64,000 nt of DNA, taken from NCBI GenBank assembly GCA_029717555.1, contig JAMDHS010000002.1, forward strand, positions 62,001-126,000, in the 5' to 3' direction. Under the pieces are notes generated by a model. That model was not told where the DNA came from, did no database searches, and was given only the letters and a program-made list of their open reading frames with translations. Positions 12,986 to 25,964 of this stretch are shown piece by piece. A program made the translations under genes and the position numbers. Numbering within the stretch: position 1 is the first letter of the stretch; each line of letters begins with the position of its first letter. Origin of the DNA: Peribolospora baueri. Lineage: Eukaryota.

Positions 12986-14874
12986 TCAAAAGGCGAGCTG
13001 ACGTGCGCCTCCGGCGCCCCTAACCAAGCTCGCGCCGGCTGAGATGGAGTCTCTAAACATCTTTACCAAATGTTCCGCCTCGAGATCGAAATCTAACAAA
13101 GCAGGGTTGGACGCGCGGGGCGAGGGCGAAGATAGTTGTGGAGACAGAGGCGACTGTGATGTTATGCTTACAGCCTCCACCGGCGGCGCTATGCTGCCAG
13201 AAGAGGTCCGAGGACCGCCTTGTATTCGAACCAGATTGCATGAGTGGGCTGATAAGGGAGTTGGGGGAATCCCGGAGGGCGAAGCTGGGGATGTTGACGT
13301 TGAAATAGTCGATGACAAACTCGCGGGGAGCAGCGGAAGGACAGCAAGGTCAGCTTCTCGCTGAGTGAGAGCAGGGACACGCTCAGAAGACGGGGGAAGA
13401 GACGGCGCGATATGCAGTGCAGCGTTTGCAGATGCTTGTTGTGATGGCCTCATGGCGGTCGTGCTGTGGGACATGGCATCCGGCGACGCCTGTTGTTGTT
13501 GTTGATGTTGTCGTGGTTGTTCTCGCGGCGGAACGGTGGACGAAGTGGCGCCTCCTGTATAAGGAGGGTGTATGAGGTACTCCATGAAGGAGTAAGGATC
13601 ATACAAATCGGGATTGGGACTTTCCTTGCCGTTGCGCCCAATGGGCATGAAGGGATAAGAGCCAGAGCCCAAGAATGACGAGGCGCTGTGCAGCTGCGAA
13701 GGCGACGTGTCCGCTGAGCGACGATGGTGGGAGTCGGCCTTCGCGGAGGGGTGAGACGAGGGCTGATGATGATGGTGATGAAGGTGAGAGATATGTGAGC
13801 GCTGGTGATCCTTGCGCTGGTGTCCGTGGTCGTGATGGACGGGACAGGGCGACGACGGCTGCGGGAGGATAAAATTTCAGGGGAATAGACATGCCCATAA
13901 AGAGCAGAATGTGGAACAGAAAGGGGAAAGAAAAAAAAAGGATAGAGAAAAGGGATATCCTAGGATCAGGAGCCCTTAAGACAAGACGAAATGATCATAG
14001 ACCGAAGGAAACTGAGACGGACGGGAACAAAAGACACTTGCCGAGCAGGAAAGGTCTTGAGTCGAGCTCACGCTCTCCTCTGATGAACACGACGAAAACG
14101 TACCACGCCGATGTCGTTTGATCCCAACTTCTTGACATCGCTCGTAAGCCGCTGACCGCCGATCAGAATGGTGACATCGGTGTGAGTGCGTCCTCATGCG
14201 CTTGGACGACGACCATTCCTGTTCAGGCGCCACGCGTTTGTACAGTCGTTCGCCTGCAGTAGTCTGATTGTCGATGGCAAATTGAGAGAAGCCTGAAATA
14301 CGATAAATGGCACTCAGATGTTCGAGAAGATGGGCATTTTGTCTTTTGAGCCGTTTGACTTCGGTGGACAAGTTGGTGATGTCACCGACACAAGCGGCAG
14401 GAGGCGCGGCACGTGGGCTGGCGGCGACGCCTTGCATGCCCTCAACGGGGGACGATTGACGCGAAGAGGGTTCCAAAGTGACTTGGTGGACGGGTTGAGT
14501 AGCGTGAGAGAAGGCACGAGCAGAGGATGGTAAAGGAGAATGGCACGGATGGAGGGACTCCCGTCCAGCGCTCTCTTGGAGGTCCTTGACTTGTTCCTGC
14601 AGTGACTTGACGGTGCCCTCGAGCTGTCGACGGGAAACATCATAGACAATTGTTGAGTCATTGGAAGGCTCTCATCTCTGTCAACTGAGTCCAGTCCAAC
14701 CCTGAAGCTCACCGTAGCGATATATTCTTTCCGTCTGGCTCGCAACGCCGCTTGAGCTCGAGCGTTGCGCGAACGAGGCTTAGGCGAGGCGGGCTTGTCG
14801 GCGTCCGGCATGGTGGACGCTTGCTGAGAAGTGGAAGATACATCAGGGTGTTCCTGGCTGACTTCTGCGGCCAT
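12986..14874 (-). CDS. bZIP-type transcription factor with a long low-complexity C-terminus, multi-exon; start codon uncertain
   Basis: Basic region RSRNARAQAALRARRKEYIAT spliced to the zipper LEGTVKSLQEQVKDLQE. Second coil ITNLSTEVKRLKRQNAHL. Pro/Ser/Gln-rich tail in ORF 12986-13672. Confidence 0.72.
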
Positions 14875-15457
14875 AACGACGACGACGACCAAGGAAGGGC
14901 GAGGGGCTGATCTGCAGTGTATAGCTGGAAGGAGTGGAGGGATAAAGAGGAAGAAGAACGATGAGGCATCGGTGCGGTTAAAGTACGAAACGCGCCGTCC
15001 GCTTATCTCCCTTATCTCTTCGATGCCGTCACCTCAGAGAGACAAATTGATTGGCTGATTGAATCTGTTTAAATTCACATAACTACTGGCCATTATTGAC
15101 CTAAAGGGACGGGACACAGGCCTCGCGATTAGATACGTACTACCGCAGCCGCCAACGCAGCCAGTGCCGAGTGGTGAGGTAACCGCGGAACTCACCGCTT
15201 ACATACTCGTCTGTCTGCCTTCGCCTTGTACCAGCTAGTCATTCGCGTGTCCCAGGGCAATCCAGCAATCAGACATTGAGCGATAGCGAGCAGGACGGCC
15301 CTTTTCATGGGCCCTGCGCTCGTTGGTCGTGGTGCTCATAAATCGGCCGACGGCTGGGCCACTGTCCAGATGCACGGCCCTCCCTCCTCTGTTTGCAGCT
15401 TCTTGCTTGATCGCACCGCCCGCTCCTGTGCTTGACCTCTAAGGCACTTGTGTCATC

Positions 15458-17658
15458 ATGCGCTTCTCCTCCTACCTCAGCTTCCTCGCCATCGTTCTGC
15501 CTTTGGCCGTCGCCTCCCCGGCCTCGCATTCCGTCGAGCAGTACGTCTTCGAGAACGAGGTCGACGCTCACTCGCACGGCCATTCGCATGGTGCTGTCGA
15601 TACGGTGGTCAACCATGTCCCGATGAGTGAGTGTCTGGTGGTCTCGTTTGCAATGTCCAATTTCGTGTGCCAGCGGGGAACGAAGGCCACCGGTCGCTGA
15701 CGCGACACGGTGGACATCTCTCACACGCACACAGATGACATGCAAGGCGGCGATGGCGAGACAGTGGCAGACAGTATGTGAGTGTGCCATACCTTTTCCC
15801 TTTTCCTCCCAAGTTGCTCTTAACTGACGCTACAATCCATGGCGCCGCTTTTTTTTTTCTCTGCTCACAGCTTTTCCGGCATTGGCACTTTTGCTCACTT
15901 GCCCTACGCCAACTGCTTCAGCAAGGCTGGAGCAGGCGAGTTCGACATTGCTTTCGTAGGCGCTCCTTTTGACACAGCGTGAGTGAAATTGTATTTCCGT
16001 GGTTACACAAGCAGACTCTGTGCTCAATAGTTCTGCTTTTGGCCGACACAGGACCTCATACCGACCGGGCGCAAGGTGAGTCAAACGCAGCGAATCCGTA
16101 TCGCCATGCTTTAGAAGAAATGTTCTCACCTCTGTGTTCCTTTACGAACCGGTCCTACCTCAAGGTTCGGTCCTTCTGGCATTCGACAGGGTAGTCGGCG
16201 ATTGACCCTCTATGGGGGTTACTCTCCCTGGCTCGATGTCAACCCTTTCCACGACTGGGCCAAGGTTGTCGACTGCGGAGACATCCCCGTCACTGTAAGC
16301 AGTAGTATATCTTCCAATAAGAGTCATCCGTATGCCCATTTCAGTTCGGCTAGAATTGGATTTCATATATATGCGCTTTTTTTCTCCAGCCCTATGACAA
16401 TGTCTTCGCCATCGAGCAGATCGAGCTTGGACACAAGGCGCTTCTGCACAAGGGTCCCGCTACTACTTTGAAGTCGAAGGGCCTTTCTCTCAGCGGCAAG
16501 GTTCATCCTCGTCTTATCACGCTCGGTGGAGGTACGTTACGGTTTGGTATTGGACGCCAGGCAGGAAGGCTTCAATGCTCAAGTAGGATTACAATCTTCC
16601 TTTCTCAGATCACACCATTACGCTCCCCCTCCTGCGAAGCATCAACAGCGTCTACGGTCCGATTTCGGTCATCCACTTCGACTCGCAGTGAGTCTCGCTC
16701 CAGTGGTGGTGCACCAAACTGAACGTCCGTCTTAAAGCTGACCCAACCATGCTTCTCTTCTGCCTTGCTTCTCCAGCTTGGATACCTGGAAACCCAAGGT
16801 TTTCGGTGGTGCGAAGAGCAACACGGCAAGTCTCAACCACGGCACTTGTAAGTGTGGTCAACCCCTTTCGTCCGTTCGATCTGGAGCGACAGCTCACAGT
16901 GCCTCGTGGGCTTGGCTGTGCGTTCCAGACTTCTGGCACGCTGCCCAGGAAGGCTTGATCAAGAACGGCACCTCTATTCACGCTGGTATTAGGTGAGACG
17001 CGTTTAATGTCCCTCTCCTGAGAGCTGTCAGCTACGGCCGATTCTACTCTTACCCGTTCCTCTCCCTTTGCAATCCACTTCATTAGGACCACCCTCTCCG
17101 GCCCGTCGGATTACACCAATGATGAAGATTGCGGCTTCGTAATGGTCGAGGCTCGGGAAATCGACCACATCGGCACGGACGGCATCATCAAGAAGATCAG
17201 GGAGACGGTGGGCGACAACCCTGTGTACCTGTCTCTTGACATTGGTGCGTCCTTGCGTCTCGAGCGCTTTTCCGACGCCCCTCATCCCTGCTCCGCGCTC
17301 AAATTGACTCCCTTGACGCTCTCTGACATGATTCTTGTCTTGATGCATTTGGTAGACGTCCTCGACCCTTCGGCTGCCCCTGCGACCGGCACCCCGGAGA
17401 CGGGCGGCTGGTCCACGCGCGAGCTTCGCACCATCCTCCGCGGCTTGGAAGGCATGAATATAGTGTCAGCCGACATCGTCGAGGTCGCCCCTCCTTTCGA
17501 CAGCCAGGCTGAACTCACGCAAATGGCCGCCGCCGACGTTTTATACGACATTCTCAGGTTAGCTCGCAGAACCCACTGTTGTGTGCGTGCCCAGTTAACC
17601 GTTCGTTTCGTCCACTTGCAGTGTTATGGTCAAGAAAGGGCCCCTTTTCAAGGCCTAA
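15458..17658 (+). CDS. Ureohydrolase (agmatinase/guanidinobutyrase-like) with signal peptide, many exons
   Basis: FSGIGTFAHLP, GAPFDT.TSYRPGARFGP, GGDHTITLP, HFDSHLDTW, SLDIDVLDP..APATGTPETGGW, DIVEVAP. Hydrophobic N-terminus MRFSSYLSFLAIVLPLAVA. Confidence 0.93.
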
Positions 17659-17967
17659 ACTAGCCCTGGAGTCACCGGATGGCGTGTATGCCCCTTCATG
17701 TTTTGCACCTGTACAGTCGAATCTCTTGAGGAATGATTTAATGTCTTCGTGTGAGACGATCGAGAGCCGTTGTCGAACGAGAGGTTCTTGTGACCGGCAT
17801 TGTACAATAAGTCCCTTTTCCTTCGACTAGGACACCGTTCCGCACGGAAGTATGAGAATACTTGAAAGTGCATTGAAAGTCGAGATGCTCTTGAAGTGAT
17901 GCTTATTTGTACGATACATATTACAGTCTTGGACCTGGCTTCCTTGCTTTAACCTAACCCCCTTGAC

Positions 17968-20900
17968 TCACTCCCAAGCTCTACCGTCCATCACCCTTGC
18001 TGGTCTACCCGTTCTGGCACCATCCGCTCTGGCAAGAGGCTGCCGGGCCTGCCCCTGCCCCTGACTCTGGAACTTGTCTATTGCGGCCTCCAGCTCATCC
18101 CTGAGGGCCACGATCCTCCACAAACCTTCTACCAACGCACGCTTGGAGTTCCGCCGGAATTTGCCGAGTGAGGGAGGGAGATCATTGTCTGGACCCTGGC
18201 GAAAGTCGATGCGGGCTTGGTAGGTGTCGGCGTCGCGGCGACGATGCCGGTCGCCATCCCAACGCTCTCGAGGTCGGGCTTGCGACGGGACACGATCCAT
18301 CCTCTCGGCTTCGATTCCGGCCAAGACAGGTTGAGGCTGATAATAATAGCGTCTTTCCCTCGGGTCCGCTCCTAGTCCGAAATCAGACATATCGAACGTG
18401 TCAACAGATTCTTCCTCCATCTTTTCCATTGACGCCGGCGGGCTCGCGTCCACGACCTGCAAGTATCGTCGGGCTCGATCTACTCCACGCGACAGCGACG
18501 TGGACGCATTCTCGCTCGAAGATGGGGTCGACGGAGACAGATATGTTGGTCGAACGGGGGCGGGAAGTGTTTGGTACCCAGCAAGATGAGGCGACCGCCA
18601 TGTGTCGAAGGAAGGCTTTGTCGGACGAGTGGGCGCTTCCCTGAGCCCCTCCAGGGCGGCTCGATGGAAAGAGGCAGCGTCCACCTGATGTAACCGATGC
18701 GGAGGATTGGAAACCGCTCTTCGATATGATACGTTCTCCAGGTGGGCAGAAGACACCGCTTCTTTTCTCCGATCGTACGACGGCCATGCAAGGTCCTTCG
18801 ACTGACGCAGCTGTCTCTGACCCGTCTGCGAAATGGGCCTGGCTTGCAAGGAGTCCACAGATGAGTCCGTTACGGGGCGATATCTTGCCTGTGCCTCATG
18901 AACGGATAGCGACACCGCCTCTCTTGTAGTCTGTGGCGGCCTAGCGAATTCAGCAGATCGAGGCGGCCGTGGTTGAGGAGGCGTCGTGACTTTGACTGGC
19001 TGGGTGTGTCGCGAGTGCCTAGGTGGGAGATCCTCAATGCCGGACGTCCCGATGCGCTGCCGGCCCCTTATGTCATACGAGGGAAGAGATGTGTCCTCGC
19101 TCAGCCTGTTTGGCCACGGTCGAGAGAGATCGTTCCATTGAGGCAGCCGTGCTCGAGAAGCCCGCTGAGAGCGCATTGGCACTGCTTCTTGGGACGGTCT
19201 CCTTGAAAAATCTTTGAAGCCGCCCGCTTCGTCGCGATAGCATGCGTTGGACTCATAAACGGGCAGAGATACGGGTTCTCTGCTCCGATCCGACGACGGC
19301 CTGGAAGGGTCTACAGACTGAGACCGCTGGTACGGAGCTGACCTCGGCACGGTAGCCGGCGGTGACACTCCATCTGGAGGTCTGGTCGCGAGGAAGTTTC
19401 CAAACTCGGAAGACGACCAAGCAGGGTCCGGCAAAGAAGATCGTGAACCTCTGAGTTGCGGTAGACTGGCTGAGTTCCTTGGACCGGGTCTCGACACTCG
19501 AGCCTCCCGGTCAGTGTCGAGGGCGAAGGTGACTCGGAGAGGCGACCTTTTGGGAGGCGGGATCCTCGGAGGAACACTCCGTTGGGTAGCCATCGGAGTT
19601 GAAAATGGCACCGGGACCTTGACGGGCCCATCCTTCGGAGGCGGCGTTGGTGGTCGATCAACTATCTCTACGGCGTCCTTTCGGCCATCCGGAGAGAACG
19701 TTAACCCCAGAGTGGTAGGCATCCGTGGCAACTCGAGCCGCTGCCGAGACGAAAGTATTGGCCCTCCATCGACAGGCCCACGTCGCCTGCCCAACCATTC
19801 CGTGCTTTCCAGAATGCCAACATGCATCCCAAGAGCCGCTAGTACTCGGTTCATCGAACGGTGATGGGACACGACGCCGCCCAGAAAGCTGTTGATGGTC
19901 TCCAAGAGGCGCGCGCGGACCTGCGCGGGCGTTGGGAGGTCGGCGTCGGGTAAACAGCTGGACACGCCGCCGCTGGGAAGAATGTGATACAACACTGGTG
20001 GGAGCGGAGTTGGAATCGGAAGATTGGGCGAGCAGGGGCCAGACGAGTCGTTTCCCTTGTTGCGATTAGCACGCAGCTGAGCGAGGGCTGCAAGGCAGGC
20101 GAACGTCGCAGACTTATGTATCGCGCCTCTCCGTTTCAGCTTCTCCCCTGGTGCAGCATCGGGAACAGTCGGAGCGAGGAGAGGCATGACGGTATTTGTG
20201 ACGTGGAAGACGTCCCGCAACGTGCGCCGGAAAGCTGTGGTGACGCCGTTCTCAGCCTCGCGCACAGGTTTGGGTGGCACGAAGTGCAGCACGGCCGAGA
20301 GGGCAGGATATTTCGGAGGGGGTCCTAGTGCAGAAAGGGGACGTGAGGAATTGGTCCCAGGCGCGGTAGATGGTCGGCCTTGATCGTAGATCGCATCTGG
20401 CAGCCATGAGTCTGGACAAGCATGTGCCGGATGGTCAAATGGGACGGATGGGTGCAAGGAGGGTGATGTTGAATCGAGTGACTTGGGTCCAACACTGTAT
20501 TGGGACGGGGGCCTGCTGGGCTGTGATGATCCGCTTGAGAACCCTTTGGAGAGGAGCCACTGCTTCGCAACCTCCTCCGCCTTCCTAACTGCTTGCAAAA
20601 GCCCGCCACCATACAGGTTCTGACGGGTGCTGGTGGCGCTGTCGACAGACAGAGAGCGCCCTAGAGATGCCCGCGCTTCTCCCGCGATGATGCGGCCAAC
20701 CTTGCGCAAGGTGTCGACCTTGGTTTTGCGAGGATGTGGGACGGCGTCCCAGAGGCGAACACACACTGGCGAGTCTGGAACTTCGTCGAGCCAGCACATC
20801 TCAGGGAGTGCGCTCGAAGGGGGGTCGATCTCAGGGCCCGTCGTGGAGAAAATGAGAAGAGAGTTTGCTAAGGCGGAAGTGTGGAAGAGAGGCTCCAAGT

Positions 20901-21396
20901 CGGACAAAGAAGGCTCTGTGCGAAAGGCGTTGATCAATGAAACGAGGTCAGCCATACGGGCCGACATAACTGCGCCATGCAAGTAGGCTAGCGAATGCTG
21001 AACGAAAGGAAAGGGGGAACATGGCTCGGGCTCACCTCCAAGGATTAAAATAGCTCTTCCAACGTCGGCAGACCCACGAAGGGACCGCAGACATCGCTGA
21101 GCGGGACTGTGCTCCTGGTCATCTCGGTATTCCTGCCCGTAGTCCCGGTTAGAGGAGGTGATCAGGATGGGCTCAGGTTTACCGAGGGCAGCAGGAAGAC
21201 TGATGACACGCGAGCGCGGCCAATGCTGGTCACGCATGACGCCGTGGTCGTTGACGTGTCTTTGGCTTGGATCTTGGAATCTCAGCCTAGGAGGACCGCC
21301 AGGAAAGGTGGTCGTCATGCGCTCGACATCCTTCGCCATAGCCATGATACGGTCCAGCTCGTCAAGGACGCCGAGGCCCATCCGGTTGGCCTCCAT
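17968..21396 (-). CDS. Large uncharacterised protein (~1100 aa) with a probably folded N-terminal half and Pro/Arg/Ser-rich disordered C-terminal half
   Basis: A 3.5-kb uninterrupted ORF; first ATG about 21396; possible in-frame intron 20916-21035. No named domain recognised. Confidence 0.7.
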   Translation of the reverse strand: MEANRMGLGVLDELDRIMAMAKDVERMTTTFPGGPPRLRFQDPSQRHVNDHGVMRDQHWPRSRVISLPAALGKPEPILITSSNRDYGQEYRDDQEHSPAQRCLRSLRGSADVGRAILILGGEPEPCSPFPFVQHSLAYLHGAVMSARMADLVSLINAFRTEPSLSDLEPLFHTSALANSLLIFSTTGPEIDPPSSALPEMCWLDEVPDSPVCVRLWDAVPHPRKTKVDTLRKVGRIIAGEARASLGRSLSVDSATSTRQNLYGGGLLQAVRKAEEVAKQWLLSKGFSSGSSQPSRPPSQYSVGPKSLDSTSPSLHPSVPFDHPAHACPDSWLPDAIYDQGRPSTAPGTNSSRPLSALGPPPKYPALSAVLHFVPPKPVREAENGVTTAFRRTLRDVFHVTNTVMPLLAPTVPDAAPGEKLKRRGAIHKSATFACLAALAQLRANRNKGNDSSGPCSPNLPIPTPLPPVLYHILPSGGVSSCLPDADLPTPAQVRARLLETINSFLGGVVSHHRSMNRVLAALGMHVGILESTEWLGRRRGPVDGGPILSSRQRLELPRMPTTLGLTFSPDGRKDAVEIVDRPPTPPPKDGPVKVPVPFSTPMATQRSVPPRIPPPKRSPLRVTFALDTDREARVSRPGPRNSASLPQLRGSRSSLPDPAWSSSEFGNFLATRPPDGVSPPATVPRSAPYQRSQSVDPSRPSSDRSREPVSLPVYESNACYRDEAGGFKDFSRRPSQEAVPMRSQRASRARLPQWNDLSRPWPNRLSEDTSLPSYDIRGRQRIGTSGIEDLPPRHSRHTQPVKVTTPPQPRPPRSAEFARPPQTTREAVSLSVHEAQARYRPVTDSSVDSLQARPISQTGQRQLRQSKDLAWPSYDRRKEAVSSAHLENVSYRRAVSNPPHRLHQVDAASFHRAALEGLREAPTRPTKPSFDTWRSPHLAGYQTLPAPVRPTYLSPSTPSSSENASTSLSRGVDRARRYLQVVDASPPASMEKMEEESVDTFDMSDFGLGADPRERRYYYQPQPVLAGIEAERMDRVPSQARPRERWDGDRHRRRDADTYQARIDFRQGPDNDLPPSLGKFRRNSKRALVEGLWRIVALRDELEAAIDKFQSQGQGQARQPLARADGARTGRPARVMDGRAWE

Positions 21397-22191
21397 GGCC
21401 GGCAACCGTCGGTGGCCGCTTTCGGGATGCCCACGACCAGGCAGTGAAAGCACAGAAAAGCAGAGAAGCAAAGAGATGGAGGGAGTGAAGAGATGGGTAG
21501 AAGATCAGGGCACGGGAAGGGACGCGGTCAGTCATATATTAAAACAGCGACAAGACTGAGCCGCTCCTGCTCCGCAAGGCAACGAAGACAGGCGGACCGA
21601 CGGTATGGCCAGCTGTTCAGGGAACGGCCATGGTCTCCTCCCATGCGTGCCCTGTGACTACCAGCCACTGGAGCCGCACTCTTTGTGCTTGGCATAGTAA
21701 CGTAACCTTGAATATCCTTGGTCGTCGTGTTGGTGGTAGAAGTTGTGTCCGTGCCTGATGGAGTTGACGCGGCCGTGTGTTCGGCAGGCGCGCGTCTGAC
21801 ATGCTCCGCCCGTTGGAAGGTCTAAGCAAATGTCTTGCGCCGTCGTTCCTGAACGCAACGCTTACAGCGAATATGTGTAGAAAGCTGGGCAGACATCGAC
21901 AATGCCGATCCGAACAGGTCCCAGGCACGTTTGCCGGTACAGGACGCTCCTTGTGAATGGCGGTGGCGACGGAAGGGGCCAGCCAGTCTTCTGGCAGCAT
22001 TTGCATCCATCCTGGCAAGGAGGAAGCCGGTAGCATCCGAGTACTCACTCTTCTCGAAGATCATTTCTTCCATAGAAAAGCGAGCGATGACGCACTGATA
22101 CACACGCAAGCGACTCGAGCCCGCCATTGAAAAGGTCCTTCTCCCACAGGTCTTGAGGTTCGAATCCTCGAAAAGCCCTCAACGCGCCGAC

Positions 22192-23876
22192 ATGCCCTTT
22201 ACGCCGCTCCACTCCCTCCTTGGGGGCCTCTCGCTCTCATGCTCCCTGCAGGGCCTGCTTTACCTCAACGGCCAAGTCCTAGGCGTGAGCGGGTTCCTCC
22301 ATCGCGCTGTGTCCGCCACCATTGGCGTACGAGGCGCGACATGGGACGACGAGCGCTCAAGCCTGGCTCTCGCCTTCGTTGCCGGGTTGGTGGGTGCGGG
22401 TTTCGTGATAGAACGAGCTGAAGAGAGCATCGTGAAAGGCCTAGGTGTGCAGATCTTCGATCCCGCCCTCAGAGGCTTTGGAGGTGGAGATCGCTTCCAA
22501 GCCATCGCTTGGGTCATCGGGAGTGGGCTGCTTGTCGGGTTCGGTACAAAGGTGGGCGATATTTTCCTTCTGCTCGTCCACCGGTTCAGCTCCAGCCTTG
22601 AACTCACCCTTCGCCTTCTTCTTCATCATTCTGCCTTGGGCTATTCCATCAGCTTGGCTCAGGGTGCACTTCGTAAGTAACCGGGATCCCATTTCAGCGC
22701 GTTTCAGAACGCTACAGCATACGTGCTCGAGCGCTGGAGCAGTGCAGCAGACTCACCGATCTTTGAATCCCACCCGCTTCGTAACGCGGCGACTCGCCTT
22801 GTGCAGTGGCCACTTCCTCTGTGGCCTCTCACGTCTTTCCAAGCGCTCGTTTGCAGCCACCGCCACGTTCTTCAGCGTCGCCGTGCTGGCTGCCAACGTC
22901 CTCGGCACCGTACCTTTCCTCGCCGCTCGCGGTGCCTCTTCTGCCGTGAAAACACAGATTGCGGAAGCGACGTGGGAACTTCCTGATTGGACGGTCGTAG
23001 CGCTGTTACAGCTGCCGGTCTTGGGATACGCCATCATCGCGCCTTTGCTAGCGAAGTGGGAAAAGGTGAGTGAACCTTTTCAGATCCTCTTGTGAGCCGT
23101 TTGCTTGCTCATACCCTAGCCCCTTCGCCGCTTTCCAGAGTCGTGCGGCCAAGTCTGCTCACAACCAAGATGAGACGAAAGGACGCGAGAAAAAGGCCAG
23201 CTCTACGGGGCCAGTCTCGATCGTCCCCCGGTTGATCACGAGTTGCTTGGCTGGTGTGTATATGCGTATGACATCGACCTCTCCTCAGATGTTGCTCACC
23301 ACGTGTCCTTGCTCCGTTTGGTCTGGTGCCATCATCTTGCTTCTCTCTCTTGTCTATTCGACGTCCCCCACTGCCTCTTCCTCAGGCGCCCACTTCGCAA
23401 CGGGCCTCACCCTGACAGGCATGCTCCACCCCTCCAAAGTGCTTGGCTTCCTCGCCTTTCCTTTGCCACCTCTTGAGTATCTGCGCCCGCCTTCTTCCTC
23501 TTTCTCCCCTTTCCTCTCTTCTGCCGTCTCTTCGGCGACAAGGGTGTGGGATCCTTCCCTCTCTCTTGTGGCTTTGGGCGGCATCCTACCCGCCCTCTTC
23601 ACCTACCAATATCACCTCCTCCCATTCCTCCGCAAAGCTCTTGCCCCCACGCCGAAACTGGGGGGATCTTGGAACCTCCCCAATCCCCTCTCTCCTATCG
23701 ACGCCAAGCTGATTATCGGAGCGGTGATATTTGGCTTGGGATGGGGAGCGAGTGGACTCTGCCCCGGCCCTGCTCTTGTCTACATGGGAGCCACATTGGG
23801 AGGGCGCACGGAAGAGGTGGGCAGGATGGCCTTGTTTGTGGGAAGCATGGCCGTCGGTGGGCAGTTGGCGTGGTGA
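22192..23876 (+). CDS. YeeE/YedE (DUF395) sulfur-compound/thiosulfate transporter family protein with two fused halves, multi-exon
   Basis: NGQVLGVSG, LLVGFGTK|LGSGCTS|GHFLCGLSRLSKRSFAATATFF, GML.PSKVLGFL, WDPSL, GAVIFGLGWGASGLCPGPAL. Confidence 0.88.
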
Positions 23877-24018
23877 GCGAAAGAGGGGGAGTGTGCGATT
23901 CATGAAATCGCACGCAGAGGGCTTCAAGCGTTGGAGACGCGATGTTTGGCGTATGTGTACACGGACGTCGCGTTTTCCGCAGTGGCTCCCCCACCTCGAC
24001 ATTTTCCGTCGAACTGGT

Positions 24019-24175
24019 GCGCCAAGATATTATAGCTAATGGTCACCTGGATCATGTACCACCTATCCTACTGGGTCCCACAACTGCCTATGTCGAGGTG
24101 GGGGCGCCAAGATATTATAGCTAATGGTCACCTGGATCATGTACCACATATCCTACTGGGTCCCACAACTGCCTA
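24019..24175. repeat. 72-bp direct repeat (24019-24090 and 24104-24175, one mismatch) joined by an inverted copy of 23988-24002
   Basis: gcgccaagatattatagctaatggtcacctggatcatgtaccac(c/a)tatcctactgggtcccacaactgccta occurs twice. Confidence 0.95.
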
Positions 24176-24246
24176 ATCGCGACAAAGGCTTACCGCCGTT
24201 GCCAACCTCGAGCCCTTTGACACCCGTCTTCGTTGTTCCCTCGTTC

Positions 24247-25769
<1,523 letters not shown>

Positions 25770-25964
25770 TTTGGATTTCAAGACTATCAGGCGAAGCTGT
25801 TGAGTGTCGGTGGGAGTCGAGAGCAGAACGGCAAGCGTCCGCGTGTTATTACTTGACGCTTCCTCGCCGCAGCCGATCTGTGCGAAGGGGGGACGACCTT
25901 CCCGACCCTCGCGGAAGTCGTTACCACCTCAACTGCTTTCTAGGAATTTGCAAGGCGGCTCTCG

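Noticed and set aside
22155..22170. tRNA T-arm/B-box-like GAGGTTCGAATCCTC just upstream of the YeeE ATG
   Set aside because: No matching acceptor stem, D-arm or A-box found upstream, so it is not called a tRNA. At most it is an isolated TFIIIC site.
24019..24175. CRISPR-like repeat-spacer-repeat
   Set aside because: Only two 72-bp copies, the spacer is a local inverted copy, the context is eukaryotic and there are no cas genes.
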